Origin: Candidatus Latescibacterota bacterium
GTDB lineage: Bacteria; Latescibacterota; UBA2968; UBA8231
Direction: 5' to 3'
NCBI GenBank assembly: GCA_965203175.1
Contig: OZ241867.1
Span: forward strand, 3,904,001 to 3,968,000
Length of the DNA: 64,000 bases
In this document: positions 39,097 to 49,848 of the stretch, one piece after another
Numbering within the stretch: position 1 is the first letter of the stretch
How the letters are laid out: each line of letters begins with the position of its first letter
Program-made: the position numbers and the translations under genes
Notes under the pieces: model-generated
Told to the model about the DNA's origin: nothing
Database searches by the model: none
Seen by the model: only the letters and a program-made list of their open reading frames with translations

Positions 39097-40439
39097 TGCA
39101 ATTAGTGCAAAGTTTTCAAAACTGCTTCAAAATTCCCGATTTGCGGCGTCGCATCCTCTTCACCGTAGGGATTTTGGTCGTCTATCGCATCGGTGGTCAG
39201 ATCACGGTCCCCGGCGTCGAGTTGGCCGTACTCAAAGAGTTCTTTGAAAACACTGGCAACACCCTCTTTGGGCTGTACGACATGTTTGTGGGCGGTGCCT
39301 TTACGCGCGGGACGATCTTCGCTCTGGGTATTATGCCCTATATCAGCGCCTCGATTATTTTGCAATTGCTGGGTGCGGTTATTCCCTACTTCCAGAAATT
39401 GCAGCGCGAAGGAGAAGAGGGCCGCAAAAAAATCACCCAGTACACACGCTATGGTACAGTCTTTCTGGCAGCGGCTCAGTCCTACGGCGTCAGTTTTTTC
39501 ATTACCAGCATCAAGGCCCCGTACTCGGGTCAGCCGGCGGTTGCCGATCCGGGCATTGGCTTTACGCTGGCGACCATGCTGACGATTACCACTGGCACAA
39601 TCTTTATCATGTGGCTAGGTGAGCAGATCACGGAGCGCGGTATTGGCAACGGCATTTCTCTGATCATCTTCATCGGCATCATCGCCGAGTTGCCCTACGC
39701 GATCAATCAGGAGTACGAACTTTTTGTCATCAATCGCGGTTTCAGCAAGAATATCATTGAAGAAATTTTTCTCGTCGCGCTAATGTTCGCCGTAGTGGCC
39801 TTTGTTATCTTGCTGACCCAGGGTCTGCGCAAAATTCCCGTGCAGTACGCCAAGCGCGTCGTCGGACGGCGGGTTTACGGCGGTCAGACCACGCATATTC
39901 CTTTGCGGATCAACACCGCGGGCGTGATTCCGATCATATTTGCCCAGTCGATTATGTTCCTGCCCGGCACGATCACGCAGATGTTCCCAGGCTATGAGTT
40001 CATGCTGGCGATAGGTTCGTTTTTCTCGACCGAATCCATGTTCTATTGGTTCGTCTATGGGCTAATGATCATCTTCTTTTGTTATTTTTATACTGCCATC
40101 GTCATGGATCCCAATCAGCTCTCTGACAACATGAAAAAGCACGGGGGATTCATCCCAGGCGTCCGTCCCGGTCCTCGGACCGCTCAGTACATCGACGGTA
40201 TTATGACGCGCATTACCTTGCCGGGCTCTATCGCCCTCGCGCTGGTGGCAATTTTTCCCTTCTTCGTCACGAGGCAATTCAACGTGGCCCCTTCTTTTGC
40301 CCAATTTTTTGGCGGTACAGGGCTCTTGATTGTCGTTGGCGTGGCTTTAGACACTTTGCAGCAGATAGAGTCTCAGCTAATGACTCGCCATTACGAGGGA
40401 TTCATGAAGCGGGGCAAAATCCAGGGACGCCGAGGCTAA
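39096..40439 (+). CDS. secY: Preprotein translocase subunit SecY
   Basis: [34 protein letters not shown]; TGATG overlap with rplO. Confidence 0.98.
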   Translation: MQLVQSFQNCFKIPDLRRRILFTVGILVVYRIGGQITVPGVELAVLKEFFENTGNTLFGLYDMFVGGAFTRGTIFALGIMPYISASIILQLLGAVIPYFQKLQREGEEGRKKITQYTRYGTVFLAAAQSYGVSFFITSIKAPYSGQPAVADPGIGFTLATMLTITTGTIFIMWLGEQITERGIGNGISLIIFIGIIAELPYAINQEYELFVINRGFSKNIIEEIFLVALMFAVVAFVILLTQGLRKIPVQYAKRVVGRRVYGGQTTHIPLRINTAGVIPIIFAQSIMFLPGTITQMFPGYEFMLAIGSFFSTESMFYWFVYGLMIIFFCYFYTAIVMDPNQLSDNMKKHGGFIPGVRPGPRTAQYIDGIMTRITLPGSIALALVAIFPFFVTRQFNVAPSFAQFFGGTGLLIVVGVALDTLQQIESQLMTRHYEGFMKRGKIQGRRG

Positions 40440-40461
40440 AACCTCATTTGGAGTGAGTATC

Positions 40462-40578
40462 GTGAAAGTTAGAGCATCCGTCAGCAAGCGCTGTAACGAG
40501 TGCAAGATCGTCCGTCGAAAGGGGGTCGTGCGCGTTATATGCAAGCGCAATCCCCGCCACAAGCAGAAACAAGGCTGA
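40462..40578 (+). CDS. rpmJ: 50S ribosomal protein L36 (Zn-binding type)
   Basis: Manual translation (GTG) [38 protein letters not shown]. Confidence 0.97.
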   Translation: MKVRASVSKRCNECKIVRRKGVVRVICKRNPRHKQKQG

Positions 40579-40589
40579 GGAATAACACT

Positions 40590-40970
40590 ATGGCGCGCAT
40601 AGCAGGTGTAGATTTACCCCGCGACAAACGAGTCTCCATCGGATTGACCTATATCTTTGGCATTGGGCACGCGACGGCCAATCGCATCGCCTCCCAAGCT
40701 AGGATTGATCCCCAGACTCGCATCAGCGAACTAAGCGAAGACCAGGTCAATAGTTTGCGCTCGATTATCGAGGTCAGCCACAAGGTCGAAGGTAGTCTGC
40801 GCGGCGAAACTACCATGAATGTTAAGCGGCTGATGGATATCGGCTGCTATCGGGGTTTGCGGCATCGTCGCGGGTTGCCGGCCAACGGCCAGCGCACCAA
40901 GACCAACGCCCGCACGCGCAAGGGGCCGCGGCGAGCCATTGCCGGCAAGAAAAAGGCCCCCGTCAAGTAG
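40590..40970 (+). CDS. rpsM: 30S ribosomal protein S13
   Basis: [34 protein letters not shown]. Confidence 0.98.
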   Translation: MARIAGVDLPRDKRVSIGLTYIFGIGHATANRIASQARIDPQTRISELSEDQVNSLRSIIEVSHKVEGSLRGETTMNVKRLMDIGCYRGLRHRRGLPANGQRTKTNARTRKGPRRAIAGKKKAPVK

Positions 40971-40996
40971 ATAACCTAAACGGAGAGGATTGACCT

Positions 40997-41383
40997 TTGC
41001 CGCCCGAAAGACGCAGACGCAAGAAAGCAAAACAGGTAGAGGCTGTGGGCGTGGCGCATATTCTGGCCACGTTTAACAATACGATCATCACCCTTACCGA
41101 TACTAGCGGTAATGTGATTTCTTGGGCGACCCCGGGGAAAATGAGCATCAAGGGCAGTCGCAAATCTACGCCCTTTGCCGGCCAGCTCGCCGCTGAAAAG
41201 GCCGCTCAAGAAGCCATGAATATGGGACTGCGCCGCGTAGAGGTCTGGGTCAAGGGGCCGGGGGTTGGGCGCGAGTCTGCCATTCGTGCTTTACAAAACG
41301 CTGGACTCGAAATTTCCGCAATCCGCGACGTGACTCCCATGCCGCACAACGGCTGTCGACCACCCAAGCGCCGCCGCGTTTAG
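40997..41383 (+). CDS. rpsK: 30S ribosomal protein S11
   Basis: [26 protein letters not shown]. Confidence 0.98.
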   Translation: MPPERRRRKKAKQVEAVGVAHILATFNNTIITLTDTSGNVISWATPGKMSIKGSRKSTPFAGQLAAEKAAQEAMNMGLRRVEVWVKGPGVGRESAIRALQNAGLEISAIRDVTPMPHNGCRPPKRRRV

Positions 41384-41399
41384 AGGAGCTAACTACGTT

Positions 41400-42026
41400 A
41401 TGAGTAGGCATACAGGTCCCAACTGTCGCTTCTGCCGCCGGGAAGGGGCTAAACTCTTCCTGAAGGGCGAGCGCTGCAACCTCGAAAAATGCTCCTTTGA
41501 GCGGCGCAGCTATGCCCCGGGCCAGCACGGTCAGGGCTTGCGGCGCAAGCAGTCCGACTACAGCGTGCAGTTGCGGGCCAAACAGAAGTTAGCCCGGCTC
41601 TACGGAATCCGCGAAGGTCAGTTCAGGGGCTATTACAAGGAGGCCTCGCGAGTGCCGGGCGTTAGCGGCGAAAACCTGTTGCGCTTGTTGGAGCGCCGCC
41701 TCGACAATATCGTCTATCGGCTCGGCTTCGCGCCGTCGCGCAAGGCCGCGCGCCAGCTAGTGCGCCACAACCACATTGTGGTAAACGGCAAACGGGTCAA
41801 TATCCCTTCCTACCTGACCCGGATGGGCGATGTGGTGCAGGTTACCGAGCGCAGTCGCCAGCTAGAGGCCATTCACGAATCGCTGCGGCGCTCGCGGGAA
41901 ACCGTACCTTGGCTGGCCATAGACAAGGTTAACCTGACTGGGACCGTAGCAGAGATTCCCGGACGCGAAGACATTCCCACGGTTGCCGAAGAACAATTGG
42001 TCATCGAGTTTTATTCTCGCGTCTGA
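41400..42026 (+). CDS. rpsD: 30S ribosomal protein S4
   Basis: CRFCRREG, LERRLDNIVYRLG. Confidence 0.98.
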   Translation: MSRHTGPNCRFCRREGAKLFLKGERCNLEKCSFERRSYAPGQHGQGLRRKQSDYSVQLRAKQKLARLYGIREGQFRGYYKEASRVPGVSGENLLRLLERRLDNIVYRLGFAPSRKAARQLVRHNHIVVNGKRVNIPSYLTRMGDVVQVTERSRQLEAIHESLRRSRETVPWLAIDKVNLTGTVAEIPGREDIPTVAEEQLVIEFYSRV

Positions 42027-42069
42027 AATTTTACTCCGCCTAATCCATCAAGGGGCAAGAGGCTAAAGT

Positions 42070-43086
42070 ATGAAATTAGAAGGTCTCCATATGCCGAGGC
42101 TGGTCGAGGTCGAAAAAGAGAGCCTCAGCGATACATATGGCATGTTTATTGTCCAGCCGCTTGAGCGCGGTTTTGGCGTCTCTATAGGGCACGCACTGCG
42201 CCGCGTATTGCTGTCCTTTATCCAAGGAGCCGCGATAAAGCAAGTTAATATCGAAGGCGTGCATCACGAGTTTTCCACGATTGCTGGGGTGCGCGAGGAT
42301 GTGCCGGAGATCGTGCGCAACTTCAAGGAAGTGGCGATTCGCTATCGCGGAGAGGAGGATCGCGTCTTGCGCGTCGAGCGCGCGGCAGACGGGGCCTTAG
42401 TAGCCAAGGATCTAGAAGTGGACCCCAGCGTCGAGGTGATGAATCCCGACCTGCACATCGCCACCTTGGATAAAGGGGCCTCCCTGAAAATGGAACTAAC
42501 CGTCGGCTACGGTCGCGGTTACCAGTTCGCTGAGGAGAATAAAATCCCCGATCAGCCCATTGGTGCTATTCCACTCGATACGAACTATTCGCCGGTTCTC
42601 AAGGTCCACTACGAGATCGAGAACGCACGCGTCGGGCGGCGTACTGACTACGACAAGTTGATTATGGAAGTCTGGACTGATGGCTCAGTACATCCCGAAG
42701 ACGCCATGTCCCAAGCCGCCCAGATCCTGACCGAACATCTAAGCCTTTTTATTAATTTTACAGAAGAGCCCGAAGGCACCGAGGAAAAGGAAGTTGACGA
42801 GGAGGCCAAGAAGATCGTCCAACTCCTGCAAACGCCCGTCGAAGAAATCGAGTTGACGGTGCGCTCGGCCAATTGCCTCAAAGCCGCAGGAATCACCCAT
42901 CTCAGGGATTTGGTGTCGCGCACGGAGGCCGAGATGTTGCAGTATCGCAACTTTGGCCGCAAATCGCTCAACGAGTTGCAGAAAATACTCGAGGAAAACA
43001 ATCTTAGCTGGGGTATGGACCTGACTCCGTACGACAGCATTGAGGTCGACCAAACAGCGGACAACCCGCTGGCGGAAGAATTCTAG
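42070..43086 (+). CDS. rpoA: RNA polymerase alpha subunit
   Basis: [24 protein letters not shown]. Confidence 0.99.
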   Translation: MKLEGLHMPRLVEVEKESLSDTYGMFIVQPLERGFGVSIGHALRRVLLSFIQGAAIKQVNIEGVHHEFSTIAGVREDVPEIVRNFKEVAIRYRGEEDRVLRVERAADGALVAKDLEVDPSVEVMNPDLHIATLDKGASLKMELTVGYGRGYQFAEENKIPDQPIGAIPLDTNYSPVLKVHYEIENARVGRRTDYDKLIMEVWTDGSVHPEDAMSQAAQILTEHLSLFINFTEEPEGTEEKEVDEEAKKIVQLLQTPVEEIELTVRSANCLKAAGITHLRDLVSRTEAEMLQYRNFGRKSLNELQKILEENNLSWGMDLTPYDSIEVDQTADNPLAEEF

Positions 43087-43088
43087 CC

Positions 43089-43514
43089 ATGAGACACGGC
43101 AAAAAAATAGCCAAACTGGGGCGCACGGCTCCACACCGCAAGGCCATGTTGTCCAACATGATGGCCTCGCTCTTTATCAACGAGCGCGTCACCACCACCC
43201 AGACGCGCGCCAAAGAGCTCAAGCGCACGGCCGAGCGGGTGCTGACCTGCGCCAAGAAAGGCGACCTGCACGCCCGGCGCCAAGTGCTACGCGTCATAGC
43301 CGACAAGCAGGTGGTCGCCAAGCTGTTTGACGAACTCGGACCGCGCTACAAAAGCCGCAACGGAGGCTATACGCGCGTGATCAAGTTGGGCCCGCGGCGC
43401 GGCGACGGGGCATTTATGAGCATCGTCGAACTCGTGGATCGCCCCGAGGTGACCACGGAAGAAGCTCAGCAGGCTGAGACTGCAGAAGAAGAGGCTCCTA
43501 AGGCCGAAGAATAA
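43089..43514 (+). CDS. rplQ: 50S ribosomal protein L17
   Basis: MRHGK...[10 protein letters not shown]...RRGDGA. Confidence 0.98.
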   Translation: MRHGKKIAKLGRTAPHRKAMLSNMMASLFINERVTTTQTRAKELKRTAERVLTCAKKGDLHARRQVLRVIADKQVVAKLFDELGPRYKSRNGGYTRVIKLGPRRGDGAFMSIVELVDRPEVTTEEAQQAETAEEEAPKAEE

Positions 43515-43539
43515 GGTGGGCGTCCAAAGGCAAGTAGTG

Positions 43540-43580
43540 ACGGGGCAAGATGATGACCATCTTGCCCCGTTTGCATTTTA
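43540..43580 (+). terminator. Intrinsic terminator of the alpha operon
   Basis: ACGGGGCAAGATG/CATCTTGCCCCGT 13 bp stem followed by TTGCATTTT. Confidence 0.8.
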
Positions 43581-43592
43581 GATAGGTAACAC

Positions 43593-44951
43593 GTGAAACG
43601 AGGAGATCGTATCGAGGTCGAGGTTGCCGCCCTCACCTCCAAGGGCGACGGGATGGCGTACGTCGGGCACCGCGAGGTCGTCGTGCGTCAGTCTGTTCCC
43701 GGGGATCGGGTCGCTGCCCGGGTCGTAAAGAAGCGCAAAGGGCGCTTCGAGGCCGAGGTGGAGGAGTTCCTCGCAGAAGGCTACAAGCGCGAGGAGCCTC
43801 GCTGCGCCCATTTTGGACATTGCGGCGGCTGTCGCTGGCAGGAATTGCCCTATGCGGCCCAACTCGCCGTCAAGGAGCAGATGGTCGCCAGCGCATTGGC
43901 AACCAGTGGCCTGACGCTGCCGCCCGCAGCGCCGATTTTGCCCAGTCCGACCCCCTTTTTCTATCGCAACAAGATGGAATTTTCCTTTGGCACGGATCGC
44001 GAGGGCTTGTTGCAATTGGGCTTGCACGTGCGCGGGCGTTTCAATTGGATCTTCGATGTCGAAGAGTGCCACCTACAGTCGCGCACTTCCAACCGCATCG
44101 TCGGAGCGACCCGTCGCATCAGCCAAGCGTTGGGCCTGAGCGCGTACGACTTGAAGCGGCACCAAGGGCTGTTGCGCTTCCTAGTCGTACGCGAGGGCAA
44201 GCGGAGTGGAGAAGTGATGGTCAACCTCGTCGTGGCCTCGTATCCCGACCCAGGCGTCCAACAGCTCGCTGAGCAACTATTGGACGCCATACCTGAAATT
44301 GATGTTTTGCTCGTGACCTTACACACCGGCAAGGCCCAAGTAGCGGCTGGGGAGCGCGAGTTTGTGCTCAAGGGAAGTGGGCGCATCACCGAAGTGTGCG
44401 CAAGTCTCGAATTCGACATTTCTCCCCAGTCCTTTTTTCAAACGAATTCGCTGCAAGCCGAGCGGCTCTACGAGGTTATAGCTCGCGTGGCCGGGCCGCA
44501 AAAAGCAGTGCTAGATTTGTACTGCGGCACGGGCAGCATCAGCCTGCTTTTGGCGCGTCAGTCCCAGTTCGTGTTGGGCATCGAAGTAGTGGCTGAAGCG
44601 GTGGAAGACGCTAGGCGCAACGCCGCACGCAATCGGATAGAACACTGCGAGTTCATAGTTGGCGCAGCCGAGGATATACTGGGGGAATTGGCGGTACGAG
44701 GCCAGCATTTTGACTTGGCCGTTGTCGATCCACCGCGGCCTGGGATCCACAAAAAGGCGCTGGCCGGTCTATGCGCGTTGGCACCGCCGCGCATCATTTA
44801 CGTCTCCTGTAATGTTCACGCGCTAGCCGGCGATTTGTGCGCCTTGGGTGAGGCTGGCTACGGCGTCCGCAGCGTGCAGCCCGTAGATATGTTTCCCCAA
44901 ACGCCGCACTGCGAGGTGGTCGTCGAGTTGTGCAAGCAGGTCACCCCGTGA
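43593..44951 (+). CDS. rlmD: 23S rRNA m5U methyltransferase RlmD/RumA family
   Basis: TRAM domain, CAHFGHCGGC Fe-S motif, SFFQTN, LDLYCGTG, DPPR, YVSCN, DMFPQTPH. Confidence 0.92.
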   Translation: MKRGDRIEVEVAALTSKGDGMAYVGHREVVVRQSVPGDRVAARVVKKRKGRFEAEVEEFLAEGYKREEPRCAHFGHCGGCRWQELPYAAQLAVKEQMVASALATSGLTLPPAAPILPSPTPFFYRNKMEFSFGTDREGLLQLGLHVRGRFNWIFDVEECHLQSRTSNRIVGATRRISQALGLSAYDLKRHQGLLRFLVVREGKRSGEVMVNLVVASYPDPGVQQLAEQLLDAIPEIDVLLVTLHTGKAQVAAGEREFVLKGSGRITEVCASLEFDISPQSFFQTNSLQAERLYEVIARVAGPQKAVLDLYCGTGSISLLLARQSQFVLGIEVVAEAVEDARRNAARNRIEHCEFIVGAAEDILGELAVRGQHFDLAVVDPPRPGIHKKALAGLCALAPPRIIYVSCNVHALAGDLCALGEAGYGVRSVQPVDMFPQTPHCEVVVELCKQVTP

Positions 44952-46318
44952 GCCAGAAGCGCCATACGCAGCCTCGGGTCTTGGTCGTGCTGCCCGAATC
45001 CCAGCAATCCCGGGCGCTGATTTTCTATCTTGAACAGCGAGCATATGAAGTACTCTGGGCGCACGAGGGGCAGAGCGCGTACGACATCCTCGACGCAGAT
45101 GCGGTTGACGCGCTGATCTACGCCCTGCGCGAAAAGCGCATCGACGGATTGCGAGTCCAGCAACTCGCCCACAGGCGAAATCCGGCCATCTGCGCCATTG
45201 CCATTGCCGGGCCCGAAGACATTGAGCTGGGGGTTGAAGCGATGCGCCAGGGGGCCTACGACTTTCAGCTACAGCCGCTAAATTTGGCCAAGGTCGGCGC
45301 GGTGTTGGAAAAGGGACTGAGCTACCAGCAGCTAGTAGGGGAAGTCTCGGATCTACAGCGTCGCTTGGACGAGCGTTATCGCTTTGACGACATCGCCCGT
45401 CGCTCATCGCCTTGGCAGCGCATTTATCTCCAGGTCGAACAGGTAGCCCAATCGAAGACCAGTGTTCTGATCTCCGGCGAGACCGGCACGGGCAAGGGCG
45501 AGGTGGCAAAGGCCATCCACCAACGGAGTAGACGGCGAGAAAACGCCTTCGTCGAGATCAACTGCGGCGCCCTGCCAGAGAGCCTAGTCGAAAACGAGTT
45601 GTTCGGCCACGAAAAAGGGGCCTATACCGGGGCCGGAACAGCGCGCAAAGGCCGCTTTGAACTGGCCGATCAAGGCACTTTGTTCCTCGACGAAGTGGGG
45701 GACATTCCCCTGCCGACGCAAGTGAAATTGCTGAGAGTGATTCAGGACGGCTGCTTTGAGCGGATCGGCGGCACCCAGACTCGGCGGGCCGATGTGCGCT
45801 TGATCGCGGCGACGCACCGCGATCTCGAAGCCATGGTACGGGAAGGCTCCTTCCGGGCAGACCTCTTCTACCGGCTCAACGTGATCAAGGTCGAAGTGCC
45901 GCCACTGCGCGAGTGTCGCGAGGACATACCCATTTTGGTCGATGCGTTCATCCGGCAGTTCGCCGCGGAGAACAACAAGCGCATCGCGGGCATTCGGCCG
46001 CGAGCTTTAGACGTGTTGCGCGATTACGATTGGCCGGGCAATGTGCGGGAATTGAAAAACTGCATCGAGGGCATGGTCGTCATGTGCGCCCGCGAAGGCG
46101 TACTGGAGGTCGGGGACATCCCGCGCTATATAAACCGCCAAGAGCGCGTTTTTTCCGGGTTGGGTTTTCGCGTCGGCATGAGCATGGCCGAGATCGAGCA
46201 GATGGCCATTGCCGAGACGCTGAAGGCGGTTGGCAACGACCGACGGCGCGCGGCCGAAATTCTGCAAATCGGCCTCAGTACACTCTACCGCAAGGTAAAG
46301 CAGCACGGCGGGACTTAA
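44948..46318 (+). CDS. sigma54-dependent activator (NtrC-like) with atypical receiver domain
   Basis: GETGTGKG, ELFGHEKGAYTGA, LFLDEVG, WPGNVREL, Fis HTH; GTGA overlap with rlmD. Confidence 0.9.
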   Translation: MSQKRHTQPRVLVVLPESQQSRALIFYLEQRAYEVLWAHEGQSAYDILDADAVDALIYALREKRIDGLRVQQLAHRRNPAICAIAIAGPEDIELGVEAMRQGAYDFQLQPLNLAKVGAVLEKGLSYQQLVGEVSDLQRRLDERYRFDDIARRSSPWQRIYLQVEQVAQSKTSVLISGETGTGKGEVAKAIHQRSRRRENAFVEINCGALPESLVENELFGHEKGAYTGAGTARKGRFELADQGTLFLDEVGDIPLPTQVKLLRVIQDGCFERIGGTQTRRADVRLIAATHRDLEAMVREGSFRADLFYRLNVIKVEVPPLRECREDIPILVDAFIRQFAAENNKRIAGIRPRALDVLRDYDWPGNVRELKNCIEGMVVMCAREGVLEVGDIPRYINRQERVFSGLGFRVGMSMAEIEQMAIAETLKAVGNDRRRAAEILQIGLSTLYRKVKQHGGT

Positions 46319-47820
46319 CTTCGTTGATTGTAGTAGTATTTGACGAGCGCGTTGAGTGCTTCTTGAGGATCGGCGACTACATCGGCGTCAATGCAAAACT
46401 GGCTCAACCCAGCCAGTTTGAGGCCGTGTCCGTAGTCGCTGAACATTTCTTCGCACAATTCGCCGGGTGCGATGTTCCGCGTGTTGGCTAGGGCCTCGAT
46501 TTGCGCGGAAGCTTCCGGCGTGATCTCCAAGGCGATGTCGTGTTCGCGTTGAAAGTTGTCGAGAAAGCGGCGCAGCGAGGTGTCTTGGAGCAAGCGCTCC
46601 AGACCGGTCGTAGGATCCAGTACGGTATCGGCGTCGACCGTAAAGCCTTCGACGCCGACGGAAGGGAGTTTTTTTTCGTAGTTGATCAGTACCTTTTCAA
46701 TAGCGCTGACCAAGCCTCGAGCGCCGATGTGCTCGGCGTGGGCGCGCTCGGCTAACAGGGCTAGGGCCTCGTCGGCAAATTCGATCTCAATGTCATAAGC
46801 GCGGAAGTCGCGCTTTTTGGACAGAATGACGCTACTTTTAGGATTGCGAAGGATTTCGAGGAGATCTTCGGGGCCGAGACCGTGCAGCACGGCGATGACG
46901 GGCAAGCGGCCGATGAATTCGGACTCGAATCCGTATTCGATCAGGTCCTCGGCCCGCACATGGGACAGAAGCTGATCGGCATCGAGATGGGCCGGGTCGG
47001 CTTGGGAGCGGAACCCCATGGTACCTTTGTTGAGCCGGCGACCGATGATTTCGTCGAGCCCGGAAAAGGCCCCGCTAACAATAAAGAGGATATTGCGAGT
47101 GTTGACCTTCTGGCGTTCGATCTTGCCCGTCTGCTGCATCTGGATGACGGATTCCATCTGCGAGGCAATGTCGTGCGGGGCCTTGAGGTCGACGTCGGTT
47201 TCCTCCATCAGCTTGAGCAGGTTGCGCTGAACGCCCGAGCGCGAGACATCTGGGCCGTGTACTCCCTGCGCGGAGGCGATTTTGTCGATTTCGTCGATGT
47301 ATATGATGCCGTACTGGGCGCGTTCAATGTCTCCGTTGGCCTCGCGGACTAGGTCGCGGACCAAGTCTTCGACATCGCCGCCGACATAGCCGGTCTCGCT
47401 GAATTTAGTGGCGTCGCCCTTGACAAAAGGAACGCCGATTTTGCGGGCGATGAGACGGATTAGATAGGTTTTGCCTACACCAGTAGGGCCGATCATCAGC
47501 ACGTTGTTCTTGATGTTGCCGACAAATCCCTCGTCTTCTTCCGGGGGCAGTTTCAGGCGGTTGAAATGCGTGCAGATCTTGGTGGCGAGAATGGCCTTGG
47601 CTTCTTGCTGCTTGATGACGTATTGATCGAGATAGGCCTCTAATTCTTCCGGTTTGAGGTCGAAGTGGATGGCCTCGGACTCGACCGTCTGCGTACCTTC
47701 ACCTTCGGTAGAGGAAGCCTCGGGTTGAGCTGGCGCTTGCTCTTGTTCTTCGATTTGTCTAGCTAGGAGGCGACGCAGTTTTTCTGGGTCAATCTCCACT
47801 TTTTCGGCACGCGGTCGCAT
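46315..47820 (-). CDS. ClpX-like AAA+ ATPase lacking the N-terminal zinc-binding domain
   Basis: GPTGVGKT, GYVGGDVE pore loop, IDEIDKI, EFIGRLP, GARGL. Confidence 0.85.
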   Translation of the reverse strand: MRPRAEKVEIDPEKLRRLLARQIEEQEQAPAQPEASSTEGEGTQTVESEAIHFDLKPEELEAYLDQYVIKQQEAKAILATKICTHFNRLKLPPEEDEGFVGNIKNNVLMIGPTGVGKTYLIRLIARKIGVPFVKGDATKFSETGYVGGDVEDLVRDLVREANGDIERAQYGIIYIDEIDKIASAQGVHGPDVSRSGVQRNLLKLMEETDVDLKAPHDIASQMESVIQMQQTGKIERQKVNTRNILFIVSGAFSGLDEIIGRRLNKGTMGFRSQADPAHLDADQLLSHVRAEDLIEYGFESEFIGRLPVIAVLHGLGPEDLLEILRNPKSSVILSKKRDFRAYDIEIEFADEALALLAERAHAEHIGARGLVSAIEKVLINYEKKLPSVGVEGFTVDADTVLDPTTGLERLLQDTSLRRFLDNFQREHDIALEITPEASAQIEALANTRNIAPGELCEEMFSDYGHGLKLAGLSQFCIDADVVADPQEALNALVKYYYNQRS

Positions 47821-47838
47821 ATATTTAACCTAAAGAGG

Positions 47839-49848
47839 TTGGAAATGTTGTGGCGTAAAAAATATACTCGTCCCCTCAGATGTGGACAACCTAAGCCTCG
47901 TTTCTTTTTCTTTTATATACAGCGAACAGCTCGGTATTTATGCCTAGTTCTCGCGGCAGTGCTGGCACCGGCTCTTGCCGAAGGACAGGCGTACACGTGG
48001 ACGTACTCGGTCGACGCCGAAAAGGTTTTTGGCAATGGGCTTGCAGCTTATAAACAGGGGCGTTTCGACGAGGCTCTCAATCACCTGCGGCAGCTAGCGG
48101 GGCTCCCGCTCAACCAGCGGTCCAGCGTTGGTCAGTTCCTCGTGGGAAAAGCTCTGTACAGCCTGGGGCACTTTGCCGATGCCATCGACGCGGCCTTGGC
48201 CTTGCAGCGCCAGTTTCCCGCGAGTCGCTACCTGCCCGACTCCCGCCTGTTGATCGGCGATTCGTTTTTCAACATCAAGCACTACGACGAGGCCGTGTCC
48301 CAGTACGGTCGTTTGCTGGCCACGCCGGCTCCTCTCGGCATCCAGGCCCAAGCGGCCGAGCGGTTGGCGGCCATGGTTTGGAACGGACAGATAAAAGAAC
48401 AAGAGCTGACGCGCTTGCGTCAGGCCGTGGGGGCTAGACGGCTGCGCGAGGCTCTGTTCTTCGGCCGGGCGCGCTGGTATCAGCGCCTCGGCTGGCAAGA
48501 GGAAGCCGCCCAAGCGATGCAGACTTATCGCGATAGCGTCGTCAGTGGCATATTCGCTCCGATAGCCGCCGTCTGGGGGAGCGATCTGACCGCATATAGC
48601 CCGCGTGGTGGCGCGGGATCGCCCCGGCTGGGCTTGCTGCTGCCCCTTACTGGGCCGGACCAACAGTACGGCGAAGAACTCCACCAGGGCGTAATGTTGG
48701 CCAATCGAGAGGCCGGCAGTCCTTTCGAACTCGTAATTGCCGACACCGGGATTGACTACGGGAATTTGCCCATCGCGACCGAGCGCGGCGACGACGTCAG
48801 CGAAAGCCCCGCCAGCGGTTTGTTGCGCGTGGCGCGCGGTGCCCAGCGGCTGCTGGATCAAGGCGTCGTGGCCATCGTCGGCCCGCTCAGGAGCAGATCT
48901 AGTGTGGTAGCAGCCACGGTCACGGCGCGCGCTGGCGTTCCCCTGCTGGTGCCGCTGGCTCAACAGAGCGGCTTGGATTCGCTCGGCCACAGCGTTTTCC
49001 AGTTGAGCACAGTCTCGAAAACAGAGGCGCGTCTGCTGGGCGAGTACGCGACTCTCGTCCTCGGCTTGGAGCACTTAGCGATCATTTCCCCTCTCAGCGA
49101 CTACGGCTGGGATTTCGCGCGCGAGTTCACCCGCATTGCCGAGCGCAACGGCGGCCAGATCGCGCACAGCGATTGGTATGTGCCCAAAAAGACCACGGAT
49201 TTCCGCCACGTCTTCGAGGAGATTCGCAAGGCCGGTTTTGCGCTGAGGCCGCCGCCGCCCGATACGCTTGAAGTGGTCGAGGGAGAGCCAGAAGTCGAGG
49301 GAGAGCCAGAAGTCGAGGAAGAGCTAAAAGCGGACATGTTCATCGACACCATCGACGGGGTGGTGGTGGTGGTCGAGAGATTTGAAGATGCCAAAACAAT
49401 TGCACCGCAAGTGCATTTTCACCGCTTGCAGACTCAAGTCCTCGGCAACGATGCTTGGTGGGATCCCGAGGCCATTCGCCAGATGCGCCCGGGCGAGCGC
49501 AAGAATTTCGACGGGGTCATTTTCGTTTCCGCGCGGCAGACTGAGTCTGCGGCCGCGCGGTCGTTTGTCAGCTCCTTTCGCAAACAATTCCGCCGCGACC
49601 CGCTCTACTCGGCGACTAGCTACGACGCCACCCACTTGCTCATTGATGGATGGGAACAAGGGTACCGCGATCCAGCCGCACTGATCGAGTGGTTGGCCTC
49701 GGTCCGTTTCTACGAAGGAGCCTCGGGCACCATTTCCCTGTCGCCGGACGTGCGCTCCAACAGCGCGCTGACCTTGCTCAAAATCGAGCGCGACAAGGTG
49801 CGCTCTCTCGACACGGGCGATCTCCCGAAAATGGGTGGCGCCGAATAG
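47839..49848 (+). CDS. TPR plus periplasmic-binding-fold envelope protein (LpoA/LppC-like)
   Basis: N-terminal TPR helices, then LGLLLPLTG, AIVGP, YDA, YEGASGTI; start uncertain. Confidence 0.7.
   Translation: MEMLWRKKYTRPLRCGQPKPRFFFFYIQRTARYLCLVLAAVLAPALAEGQAYTWTYSVDAEKVFGNGLAAYKQGRFDEALNHLRQLAGLPLNQRSSVGQFLVGKALYSLGHFADAIDAALALQRQFPASRYLPDSRLLIGDSFFNIKHYDEAVSQYGRLLATPAPLGIQAQAAERLAAMVWNGQIKEQELTRLRQAVGARRLREALFFGRARWYQRLGWQEEAAQAMQTYRDSVVSGIFAPIAAVWGSDLTAYSPRGGAGSPRLGLLLPLTGPDQQYGEELHQGVMLANREAGSPFELVIADTGIDYGNLPIATERGDDVSESPASGLLRVARGAQRLLDQGVVAIVGPLRSRSSVVAATVTARAGVPLLVPLAQQSGLDSLGHSVFQLSTVSKTEARLLGEYATLVLGLEHLAIISPLSDYGWDFAREFTRIAERNGGQIAHSDWYVPKKTTDFRHVFEEIRKAGFALRPPPPDTLEVVEGEPEVEGEPEVEEELKADMFIDTIDGVVVVVERFEDAKTIAPQVHFHRLQTQVLGNDAWWDPEAIRQMRPGERKNFDGVIFVSARQTESAAARSFVSSFRKQFRRDPLYSATSYDATHLLIDGWEQGYRDPAALIEWLASVRFYEGASGTISLSPDVRSNSALTLLKIERDKVRSLDTGDLPKMGGAE
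49276..49318 (+). repeat. 18 bp in-frame tandem repeat (VEGEPE, about 2.4 copies)
   Basis: GTCGAGGGAGAGCCAGAA x2 plus GTCGAGG. Confidence 0.9.
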
